From NCBI RefSeq assembly GCF_033153115.1, contig NW_026889794.1, forward strand, positions 6,324,001-6,388,000: a stretch of DNA of 64,000 bases, in the 5' to 3' direction. The position numbers and the translations under genes were made by a program. The DNA is from Saccostrea echinata (Eukaryota). Shown piece by piece: positions 1 to 11,527 of the stretch (position 1 is its first letter; each line of letters opens with the position of its first letter). The notes beneath the pieces are model-generated. The model was not told where the DNA came from and did no database searches. It saw nothing but the letters and a program-made list of their open reading frames with translations.

Positions 1-529
1 TGGAAATTCCCCATTATCATCACGGGTGTCATTGTCTGAAATTTGTGACTTAATTTTTGAAATGCTCTTCTATAAATTAAGAGACAATTATAATCCGTCA
101 TCAAACTTCAGGCACCAGAAAAAAAATTCACTGTAAGGTGGTTTCGATGTTGAATGAGATGTTATTCAGTTTTAATAATTAATGCAATTAGACACCAAGA
201 TGCAAATATGTCTCCATTCTCAAGATTGTTGTTGTCCCTGCGAGACGCATGAGGATGGAATATAGTATCTTAAGTGTTAAGAAGATGATTCTGATTATTT
301 AAACCGAAAAAAAAACGACAGTGAAATTCGTTTTAACGTACTATAACGTACCTAATGTGCTATAACATACCTTCACATTTGATTACATACCTTTTACCAT
401 AGCTTGTTTCTTAAGCTGCATGTTTCCCCCTGCTTGGGATGGTATTATGACGTATTATACGCATGTCAAGTCATGCAGTTTTATCTTACCTGCATGTGTT
501 CAAGAGGTAGTCAGATCATAATTATTAAT

Positions 530-1692
530 AACAAGAGGTCCAAGGGCCTTAACGGTCACCTGAGTATAATACAACAATTTAGAGGATCCATTGAGTATAA
601 AATGAACTGAAAGGTGAAGTTTTGTTGCCCAAAAGCAAGAAAAATAGGGTGATCAGGATCAACAAAATAATTAGTCTTGTATTCATTAACAGTTCATAAA
701 TTAGGTTCTACATGTAATCTGTTCCCCATTTATCACTCTCACCAGACAGTATATAAACAAACTATCAGTGCTTCTCTACTCTTTTAATCTCTTTTAATTC
801 CTTGTTGAAATCTCTTACATTGGCCTCTCTTGGTCTTTGATGAACATTTAATAAGACAAGTTATTTTCGTCTCATTTTTATTTATCTATTACTAACAAAT
901 CTACCTGATCATTAAAATTATGAAAGTACTTTTTGTATTATACAAAAAAAAATTCTTGCATAATTCTCTTATTCTATTAACCTTTCAAGTACATTATTTA
1001 CAGTGATTAATTATCACAAGTAAATGGCAAAGGGGAATAACTCCTCTCAGTAGAATACAAATTAATAGAACCCTGGCCTGGACCAGAACACTTGGCCAAA
1101 TGGTCTTGATTTTAAAAAATCTGGTGAAAATACCCTTCCTTATTAAAACTTTTACTCTTTTTGCCTCTGATATGCCCAGGTGCAGAATAGATTTTTAAAG
1201 CATTTATGCATTTTCATTATATAATAAATAGAGGCCGCCCTAACATCAGAACCTCTGATCCAGGGGTCATGAAATTCACAATTTAGGAAGAGGCATCCTT
1301 GCTTATCATAACTATGTATTTATTTTTAATTGTATTTAATTTTTTTAAATAATACCCAAGAGTAGAGAAGGAGATTTTCAAAGAAATAATGCACTTTCAC
1401 TATATGATCTATATAGCCTCACACTAGCACTAGAACCCCTGACCCTGGGGGTATGAATTTCACAATTTTGGTAGAGTCACTCTTGCTTATCATAACAATG
1501 TATTCAATTTGTTTCAATAATACCCAAGAGTAGAGAAGATTTTAAAAGAAATAATGAACTTTCACTATATGATCTATATAGCCCCGCCCTAGCACCAGAA
1601 CCCCTGACCCTGGGGTCATGAATTTCTCAATTTTGGTAGAGTCACCATTGCTTATTATAACTATGTATTCAATTTGTTTCAATAATACCCAA

Positions 1693-1724
<32 letters not shown>

Positions 1725-1860
1725 AACTTTCACTATATGATCTATATAGCCCCGCCCTAGCACCAGAACCCCTGACCCTGGGGTCATGAATTTCACAATT
1801 TTGGTAGAGTCACCATTGCTTATCATAACTATGTATTCAATTTGTTTCAATAATACCCAA

Positions 1861-1894
<34 letters not shown>

Positions 1895-2292
1895 CTATCA
1901 CTATATGATCTATATAGCCCCGCCCTAGCACCAGAACCCCTGACCCTGGGGCCATGAATTTCACAATTTTGGTAGAGGGCTCAATGCTTATTACAATCAT
2001 GCCAACAGTTTAACTGCTTGATGTCCAGGAGTAAAGAAGAAGATTTTTAAAGATTGCATTAATTTTGATGGTTTTGGCCCCACCCCTCAGGCCCCAGGGG
2101 GACAGGGGCCACGAATTTCACAATTTTTGTTCCCGTTCACCCATAGATGCTATATGCCAAAATTGGTTGAAATTGGTTTGCTGGTTCCAGAGAAGAAGCT
2201 GAAAATGTTCAAAAGTTAACGACGGACGACGCACGACGACGGACGAAAAGAGATAGCAATAGGTCACCTGAGTGACTCATGTGACCTAAAAA
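530..2292 (+). mobile_element. Helentron-associated non-autonomous element (HINE) carrying a ~168-bp satellite array
   Basis: 5' end AACAAGAGG...GGTCACCTGAG. 3' end has a GACG microsatellite (2220-2245), a stem-loop GGTCACCTGAGTGACTCATGTGACC and an A-run. Central tandem repeats. Matches the architecture of oyster HINE/pearl elements. Confidence 0.8.
1190..2130. repeat. Tandem array of ~168-bp monomers (Cg170/HindIII-like satellite), about 5 copies
   Basis: The motif GAGTAGAGAAG...ATTTT.AAAGAAATAATG recurs at ~1360, 1528, 1693 and 1861. The antisense ORF 1542..2000 has a 56-aa period. Confidence 0.85.
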
Positions 2293-2357
2293 TATAAACG
2301 TGAATTTATGTTCTTCCGAAACAGTGAGCATGTAACAATACGAACGTCTTCTTGTAG

Positions 2358-2524
2358 AGGTTTTTCAGTTTCATTGCCGACGATGGGAAATCAGAAGAAA
2401 GAAAATTGGTTCTTAAATGACATGGGATGTACCGGAAATGAAGATTCCTTGTTAAAATGTGCAAGATCTGTGTCCACCATCTGTAGCTCTGAGGCTGGAG
2501 TTATGTGTTACAAAACCTTAAATA
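2358..2524 (+). CDS. SRCR gene exon A1 (C-terminal half of an SRCR domain)
   Basis: tgtag|A GGT TTT ... AAT A|gtgagt, 167 nt, phase 2 to phase 1. Encodes NWFLNDMGCTGNEDSLLKC...C...AGVMC. Confidence 0.9.
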
Positions 2525-2603
2525 GTGAGTATTCAGATTTATCTATTCCGAAAAAAAAATCATCTCTCTGAATCTATTCATGTTGTCATTATTTGTATAT
2601 CAG

Positions 2604-2745
2604 GTACAGTTAGACTTGTTAATGGTAGCTCTTCAGATGAGGGACTTGTTGAGGTTTTGGTAAATAACCGGTGGCGACCTGTTTGTTCTTCTTCTTGGGA
2701 CAGAAATGATGCTGTTGTTGCATGCAGAAGTCAAGGCTTTTCGGG
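2604..2745 (+). CDS. SRCR gene exon B1 (N-terminal half of an SRCR domain)
   Basis: atcag|GT ACA GTT AGA ... TCG GG|gtaatt, 142 nt. Encodes VRLVNGSSSDEGLVEV...WRPVC...WD..DA.VACRSQG. Confidence 0.9.
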
Positions 2746-4364
2746 GTAATTCTGGATTGTATTAGCAAATATCAAATTTTTATTTTATCGTGTTTATTAT
2801 AATTTTAATTAGAGACTTGATTCTAGATCTATGAAAAAAAGAAGAAATAGCCAAGTCACGCATATTTAACACCGACCCCAATATATGATCAAGTAGCTTT
2901 TTTGATCTCATTTTCGTTTTTTTTTTTTCTACAAATCTATGGAATCCTTCACAAGCATTTCCCTGTGCATACCTTTTTAAATGTTCTTCACATCTACCCT
3001 TCTGTCTCGTTCTTCTTCCTTAAATATTTTATAACTATTCAAAAGTTCAGTTTTCTATAACTTCACAGACTTATTTCTGCTGGGATTCAAGGTAAAGCAG
3101 TTTTACAGAATGTCCAGTTTTCATCACATTGTCATCTTTTCTGTCTCCGTAGATGTTCGAACATCTAAGTTCAAGTATATTTATAATTCGTTAGTCTCTC
3201 GAAGCAATTGTGTTCTTAATATAGAGTTTAAGAGATTTTTCTCCAAACTTACTGTTTAAAGAGCTTTTCAAATTATACTAAAAAGGGAATTTATTACATT
3301 TCAAAGTTCGACTGTTGAAGAACATAATATGTTGTTACTTGATTATTTTATTAAATGCGTTCTATATCAATCAAGCACCAACATCTGCCAAAGGGCCAAA
3401 ATGTGAAAATGGAAAAGGACACGTTTTATTATGTATATTACATGCTAAACAATAAAATACAACATACATCTTCTTTAGCAAATACAGATAAATAATCACC
3501 GACTATCTTATTACATCAAGGAAAGTAATTTAAAATCTGAAGTACTATATTTTAAAGTTCAATCTACAAGAAGTTTGATATAGATTCGTATTGGTCCTGC
3601 AGATCTGTAGCAGCCCTGTTCGGTCCATTTAAGCCCTGGAAGGTGATACGGCTATTGTGACGTCAGGCATATAAAAAACCTGTATTTATAGCATCGTCTT
3701 CAACGTCCCTCAATATAATTTATTTTCTCCATCCATGAGTCTACTCTGCTCTGTTTTTGCAAATATAACAACAAACTATTTGTCGAAAATGGGAATTTAT
3801 TAGAATGCCAAACAAATTAACCAAATATGTACAAAAATTACATATGCCCATATTTGAATATATCCCTTATAAGGATATTAATATACATAACGGAAAAAAT
3901 ACAAATATGACTAGAAGAATTGGCAAAAAAGATGGGAGAACAAACACGCTCAAACACATGGGCATTTATTAAATTGCCCAACAAATTAACCAAATATGGA
4001 CAAAAGTTACACATGCTAAACACGCAAATCTTAAAAGCATGTGAAACACACGACAAAATAAGTACGATATATCATAACATCGTTGACATAGCAAATCTGA
4101 GAACAAGAAACATACCATTACTTCAGTGTAAATACATGTATATTATTGAATCAAATACAATTGATTATATATTGAGTGGTTGCAGGGGAGGGGGTGGGTC
4201 AAAAATTTGTTTCCATCAGAATGCATGGTCTGGAGATAAACAAGATCAAGTCACAAATCTATAGTAGCAAGAACTAATTGCGGCACTGAAAATTCCGACA
4301 AAAATTCTCTCGTAACAGTAGAATAACAGAGATGGTATAAATTACTTTATGTTGCACATAAATA

Positions 4365-5438
4365 CGAGGGTTGTCCGTAAAGTTCGTGGACAACAATGAT
4401 AATTACTGACAAACATTGATAAAATATTTGAAATTATTATTGTCATTAAATTCATGTTTCAGTTTATTAATGTGCAGGTTTTAATCACAAACAAGGCACA
4501 AATAGTTAAAATTTATCAGATACAAAAAAGATACACACTCATACCCGGAGCATTAAAACAAAAATCCTTGACGTTACTCTACGTCAAAAGCTAAATACAT
4601 TTAAGTTTTCTGAACGTAGTCACCGTATAACTCAACACATTTCTTATGTCGCTTCAACCAGTTATCAAAAATGTGCACAAACTGTTCTGGTTTCATACGT
4701 GAAATAATATTTATGACACTTCCTATTGCAGATCCTGCAAATCATCAAACCTCTGTCCGCGTAAAAAGACTTCATGTACGGAAATACGGCAAAGCCACGT
4801 TAAGAACTTCATTTTTTACAGCACTACAATCTCGAAAAGATGGTCTTCCTTCACGCATGTCATCTAGTAAACTGTCTCTTCCGTCCGAAAATCTCCTGTG
4901 CCACTTAAACACTAAAGAATAGATTACTATACTATGATTTCCCGACTGTTTAAGGAATTTATGGGTCTCTATTGGTGTTTTTTCGATGTCTACACAAAAT
5001 TTTATCACTACTCTCTGCTTCACCTTTTTTGAAAACGTCCCTTTTTCGAACAATGACGATCCTGTCTTAATAAACTCTGACCTCGATTTCTCTGCCATTT
5101 CGAAACTTTGAACGTTCAAATTTTACAGGTTTGACGTTATATCTTTTGTCAATCTTATAATGTAAAAACAATCCAAATTTCCGCGGAATTTTACAGAATA
5201 TAAATGAAATGTATAAAGTGATAAATCACTTTTTAATTGAAACTTTGTTGTGCTCCGGGTCACCATCCCAAGTCTAATAATGAAGTCATAATTGTAATCA
5301 TGCACTTAAAATTGAATAAAATTTTTCGTTTTGTAATTCACATATAGTAAAGGATTATAAATATGCTAATAATAAATATCTATGACACAACTTTTATTTA
5401 AATTTTAGCTTGTCCACGAACTTTACGGACAACCCTCG
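4365..5438 (-). mobile_element. Internally deleted mariner element
   Basis: TIR CGAGGGTTGTCCGTAAAGTTCGTGGACAA at both ends with a TA TSD. ORF 4772..5119 resembles the mariner N-terminal HTH (QRVVIKFC...KTPIETH...VFKWHRRF.DGR.SL.DD.R.GRPS). No DD34D domain is present. Confidence 0.9.
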
Positions 5439-6174
5439 TACAATTATACCATCGTCTTCAACTTCCCTCAATATAATTTATTTTCTCCATCCATGAGTCT
5501 ACTCTGCTCTGTTTTTTGCAAATATAGCAACAATTTATTTTTCGTAAATGAGCATTTATTAGAATGCCAAACAAATTAACCAAATATGTACAAAAATTAC
5601 ACATGCCCATATTTGAATATATCCCTTATAAGATATATTAATATACATAACGAAAAAAACCCTGTATTTATTATTAAGTATGTGATAAATGACTTTAGCG
5701 CTGAGTAAATATAATAGCTCTAAAGATATTAGTTTGATTCAATCGATCTATTGTCAATTGTTGATTTTTCTTCGAATATTTTTTTACATTCCCAATAACT
5801 TTTTGAAAAAAAAGATTTCCTCTTTTTTTATCTTGAATATCTTTGCTCACTAATTACTGTAAACATATTACATTTCGCTGTGTATTCTGTTTAGTGTTTT
5901 TGCGGAAGGTAGCATCTTCTTAATTAAGTAAATTCAGAAATCTACGCTTATTTCTTAATAAATTAATTGCCACCAAATATTGCACACGTTTAATGTAATC
6001 ATTTATAGTAATCATAATGGTGATTCTTTTCTAAGATTTCTTGACATAGGTATATTCCGGGAACTGGATATAAATCCAGATGAATGCATAAATTATGTAA
6101 TGGTGACATTTCGATATAAATAAAGAAATAATTATCTACAAAATAGGTCCAATAATAGAATCATCTTTTTGTAG

Positions 6175-6341
6175 AGGTTTTCCGGTTTCATTGCCGACAA
6201 CTGTAAATCGAAGAAAAGAAAATTGGTTCTTAAATAGCATGAATTGTTACGGTATTGAAGATTCCTTGTTAAAATGTGCAAAATCTATATCCACCAATTG
6301 CTACAATCAGGCTGGAGTTATGTGTTACAAAACCTTAAATA
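6175..6341 (+). CDS. SRCR gene exon A2
   Basis: tgtag|...|gtgagt, 167 nt. Encodes GFPVSLPTTVNRRKENWFLNSMNCYGIEDSLLKCAKSISTNCYNQAGVMCYKTLN. Not in the ORF track; translated by hand. Confidence 0.9.
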
Positions 6342-6418
6342 GTGAGTATTGAAATTTATTCACTCTAATCAGTCTCATCTTTCTGAATCTATTCATGTTG
6401 TCATCATTTAATTTTTAG

Positions 6419-6563
6419 GTACAGTTAGACTTATCAATGGTAGCTCTCCAGATGAGGGAAAAGTTGAGGTTTTGGTGAATAACAGGTGGCGTCCTGTGTG
6501 TCGAACTTATCATTGGGACAACACTGACGCTGGTGTAACATGCAGGATTCTAGGCTATTTAGG
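6419..6563 (+). CDS. SRCR gene exon B2
   Basis: tttag|...GG|gtaatt, 145 nt (one extra codon). Encodes TVRLINGSSPDEGKVEVLVNNRWRPVCRTYHWDNTDAGVTCRILGYL. Confidence 0.9.
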
Positions 6564-6737
6564 GTAATTTTGGAGGGTATTATTAAGCATGAAATGTAAA
6601 GACTATCATGTCGTTTATTATATAAGAGGCTTGATTCTATGAGAAAAAAAATAGTCAGGCCACATCTATTTCTCTGTGATTTAATGTCACCGACCCCTTT
6701 ATAATTGACGTTCCTTGCCCAATAGGATCTTTACTTG

Positions 6738-7508
6738 TGTAACAATCAATATTACACTTGTACATGTTATTTGCATTTCCCGCGTTTTGTCCCTATGCCC
6801 TATCCACCCATAAGCCCTTGCAACATAGCTTTGTCGACCAGAACAATTGAAGCCTGGTCATTTCCGGCAGAGAAGAGTAGCTGCAGACATGTTTCTGTAT
6901 TTGAAGTAGCTAGTGTATATGTAAATAGCAGCCATATAAGCAATGTCTTGACTTTGGCATGGAGACATGTCCGTGCGTCAAGGATACTGGTAAGACCTGT
7001 GCTGGATACATGCACTAAGCTAAGGGGATCGTCGAGACACAGCGAAAGGTTCCAGGACCAAGGCCCGGAAGGATGCTGTGTGTGGATCAAGATTCACTGG
7101 TGTTGGACGGATAACAGATAAGTCTATCCAAGAAACATCGTGTTAGCTCATTATACGAAATGGCAAACCTAATGATTTCATACCTGCATTGAGGATGAGG
7201 ATGATGTTGATGATGATCATGATGATGACAAGGATAATCATTGATCTGTGAACATATTTGGCATTGATACTTTGAGGGAAAACTATACCCGGGGTTAATT
7301 GGTTAATTGTTTGATTATTAGTTACCGATTGTTGTTTTTTTTGTTTTTTTTTTGTTTAATAGTGTGAAAGAGTGTGTGAATCAGAGTGCGGTTGTTTGTT
7401 TGTAATCTTCGTCTTCGTTATTATTATCTTTTTGTAAATAAATTTATTTTCTTAAAGTTAGTTGAATTTGTGTGATTTTTGGAGAGAGCCAGCTGACACC
7501 ACGTGACA
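6738..7508 (+). repeat. 5' LTR
   Basis: TGTAACAATC...CACGTGACA, a direct repeat of 15030-15811. Contains a (GAT)n tract and AATAAA near 7437. Confidence 0.93.
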
Positions 7509-7510
7509 TT

Positions 7511-7528
7511 TGATGGCAGTGGTGGGAT
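7511..7528 (+). promoter_or_regulatory. Primer-binding site, probably tRNA-Leu
   Basis: TGATGGCAGTGGTGGGAT lies 2 nt after the LTR. It is a two-mismatch version of TGGTGGCAGCGGTGGGAT, the complement of a tRNA-Leu 3' end. Confidence 0.7.
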
Positions 7529-10500
7529 TACTGACCCTCTCCACATTTTGACTATCTAGGTGAAGGTTTGCCAAGTAGTTGTAAATACGTTAGGTTGCTA
7601 GTAGTTACTATTGGGATTCCTGTATATAGTTAGTTAGAGGTTAGTGAAAGAATGGTTCTCTCTTAAGTAGGTCAAAAGTAAGGTGGTGTAAGACATATTT
7701 GTTAATTGGAAAGAATATTATCCTTGGATTATTAAAGTTTTGGTAAGGTGGTTCAGTACTTATAGGCACGATGTCTACCATCAAGGAGATGAAGGAGCCT
7801 TTGGAAATTGGGACGCAAGTGGGACTCAAGGATGCAGAACTTCAACAGTTTGTAATTAATGAACAAGCAAGACTCAGAGATGAACGTGACTAAGATCGTA
7901 CAGAACGCATGGCTAAACATGAGCGTGATTTTCAGCTAGAATTGGAGATCAAGAGAGAGCAAACCGCTAGGGCTGAACGTAAAAGAAAAATAGAGGAGAT
8001 GGAAAGAGATCACAAATTTCAAGTGTTGGCAGCAGAAAGATCACAGAAAGTTCTTGAGTCTACAGCCCTACATCACCCTGAAACCCAACAACCTGTTAGA
8101 GGACCAAACTACCAGCATTTGATGAGGCATAAGACAACATCGACGCATACATACAACGCTTTGAAAGATACGCTATCTCGCAGAAATGACCAAGAACAAA
8201 CTGGGGAGCTCACTTGAGTGCACTTCTAAAAGGGAAAGCGTTGGACGTGTTCGCTAGATTACCACCAGATAGTGCATTGAACTTTAATGAACTTAAAAAA
8301 GCACTGACGAATCTTTCAGAAAGAAATTCAGATCTTCAAAACCCGAAGGGAGTGAAACCTTTCTTCAGTTTTTAACCGGAATTGAAAGTTACTTGGAGAG
8401 GTGGACGGAGTTACCGAAAGCAAATAAGATGTATGGACTCAAAGACTTGATGTTAGGGGAACAATTTATTTTGTGTTGTAACAAAGAACTTTTCTTATTC
8501 TTGAAAGAACGAATTCCTCCTTGTATTCAGGATATAACCAGATATGCTGATCAGTTTGTTGAGTCAAGAGCAACTAGCTCATCAGCTGTTACCCAGAGAC
8601 CTATCTTCGAAAAGAAAGTTTCCATAGGAAAGCAATTCTCTTTTCCAAGTACTAGTGACAGTATCAAACCCTGTGGTGGAGTCAAGTGTTTTAATTGTGA
8701 CAAATACGGACACAAGCAGTTTGATTGCCCCTTAAGGAAATCTTCCGCAATCAAGACAGCGAACACTCAGGAAAAATCTGACAGACCACAAAAAACATCC
8801 CGCTTTAGTGAGCAACAACAGAGCTTCAACAGATCTGGACGTCGCTTTTCACAGGGAAAAGAACATGATTCTTCTTTTGTTGGTGCACATAAACCATGGC
8901 TACAAAGTGACATTAGTGACATTGATTCCGTTTCTGATGGTGTGATGCCAGTTGTGAAAGGATGTGTTGGAGACAAGACTTGTGACAGTGTTAAGAGATA
9001 CCGGATGTCGTGATGCGGTGATTCGGAAAAGCTTGGTTACATCAAACCAAATGACTGGAAAAACTCACAAATGAATGCTGGCTGACGGAAGTATAATAGA
9101 TGCAGATGTTGCGATAGTTGAAGTTGACACATCATATTTTACTGGAACAATTGAAGTATCGTGCTTTGAAACACCGATGTTGGATCTCATTCCTGGAAAT
9201 TTTGATGTCGTTCGGAATCCAGACAACCCGGATATTCACTGGATGAAATCAACTAAACCTTCATTTGCTGTTGAGACGCGCAGTCAACCTAAGAAAAAGC
9301 AGTTACCTTATAAACCATTGATGGTTCCTGAAACTCTTCAAGATGTATCACGGAACGAGATGTTAAGTGAACAGATGAGAGATGATTCATTAAGCAAGAG
9401 TTGGGACTTTGCTAAACAAGGGACAGTAAAGGAGCTCAGTGATGGAGGTTCAACCCGGATGCATATACGGAAGCAATTACTCTACAGAGAATTCAGTAGT
9501 CCGAGGGTGTCAAATGGAGTACAAGTAGACGTCAGGCGATTTTGTCGTTCATGTGACGTGTGCCAATGAACAATACCTAAGGGAAAAGTACCTGCAGTTC
9601 CTCTTGGACAAATGCCAGTGATATCAGAACCTTGTCAACGCATTACTGTGGATATTGTTGGTCCACTTCAGCCAGTCACAGACAGAGGAAATCGATATAT
9701 CCTAACTATCATAGACTATGCAACCAGGTATCCACAAGCTGTGGCACTGCAAGGAATTGAAACTGAACGAGTTGCAGAAGCACTTGTAGACGTTTCCAGT
9801 AGAGTTGGTATTCCATCTAAAATGCTTACAGACCAGGGTTCACAGTTTACATCTGAGGTTATTAAAGAAGTTAGCTGATTGCTGTCACTCAAACGCCTAA
9901 CTACAACGCCATATTATCCGATGTGCAACGGCCTTGTTGACGAATTCAACGGAACGTTGAAACAGATGCTTTAGTGCATGTGTGCTGAACGCCCTAAAGA
10001 CTGTGACAAGTACCTCAACGCACTACTCTTTGCTTATCGTGAGATACTTCATGAGAGCCTGGGATTTTCACCCTTTGAGCTTCTATATGGTCGATCAGTC
10101 CGTGGCCCTTTGATGATACTCAAGGAACTATGAACCAAGGACATACCAGATAGAAGGTGAAGACTACATACCAATATATTCTAGATTTAAAGGAAAAACT
10201 TGAAGAGACTTGCAAGATTGCTCATCAACAACTGGAAAAAAGCAAGGAAGCACCAGAGAAAACATTATAACAAGAGAACAAGTGATCGAAGATGGAAGTT
10301 GGTGACTTAGCACTTGTTCTTCTTCCGACAAAGTCAAATAAACTTCTGATTCAATGGCCAGGACCTTATAAAGCTGTATAGAAAGTTAGCGATATGGATT
10401 ACAAAATTGAGATAGCAGGTAAACTAAAGACACTTCACGCCAATTTGTTGAAAAAGTACATTCCTCATGAGGAAATACACTGTGGGGTTCTAACTTGCGC

Positions 10501-11527
10501 CATATCACTAATTGACTTCAGCGAAGAGGGAACACCGGATGAGCAGAATTTAATGGTGCTACCAACAGATACTCAGACAGACACAGTGTCAAATATAAGT
10601 TTCAATGACGGACTAGATGCGGATAAGCTAGAATCGGTGAAATGTTTGTGTGAGTCGTATGCTGATGTTCTCACTGACGTTCCAGGAATGACTACACTAG
10701 TTAAGCATGAGATTGAACTGACATCATCAGATCCTATACGGGTGAAGCAGTATCTTATTCCTTTCAATACTGAGATTGTCATAAAGGAAGAAGTAGAGAA
10801 GATGTTACTGTTGAATGTAATAGAACCATCTGTTTCACCATATTCATCACCGGTAGTCATATCCAGGAAAAAGGACGGAACAAACATAGACTTTCGAAGA
10901 CTAAACTCTTTCACAGTCATTGACGCCGAGCCTATGCCGAACACAAAAGTATACTTTTCAAAGATGACAGGGAAGAAGTACGTCTCAAAATTGGATTTGA
11001 GTAAAGGATACTGGCAAGTTCCTATGGGAGATAACAGTAAAGCTCTCACAGCCTTTTCAACACCCTCTGGTTTGTATAAGTTTTGTACTATGCCATTCGG
11101 GTTAGTTAATGCCCCAGTGACGTTTAGACGACTCACGAAGAAACTTTTACACGGCATGGTAGGTGTTGATAACTTCATAGACGATAAAATCGTATATACA
11201 GATACATGGGAAGAACATCTGATGGCATTGAGAGAGTTATTTACCAAACTTAGGAAAGCAGGACTTACAGCACGACCGTCTAAGTGTTTCATAGGTTATG
11301 ATCAGATCGACTGTTTAGGACACGTAGTAGGTGACCAGAGACTGAAAACCAGAGTAAAACAAGATAGAGGCTATTCGAAATGCACCAGTACCCATGGCAA
11401 AGAAGCAAGTTAGATCGTTCTTGGGATTGGCATGGGTCTACAGAAGATTCATACCGAATTTTGCAGCGATTGCCGTTCCACTATCTGATTTAAGAAAGAA
11501 AGGTCAGTCTAACAAAGTAGTTTGGAC

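Noticed and set aside
1542-2000. 152-aa repetitive membrane-like ORF
   Set aside because: Antisense read of the 168-bp satellite.
10573-11292. 239-aa minus-strand ORF
   Set aside because: Antisense shadow of the RT frame.
9500-11400. Ty1/copia classification from INT-before-RT order
   Set aside because: RT and RNase H motifs (DL.KGYWQ, MPFGL.NAP, TDH.PL) are gypsy-type.
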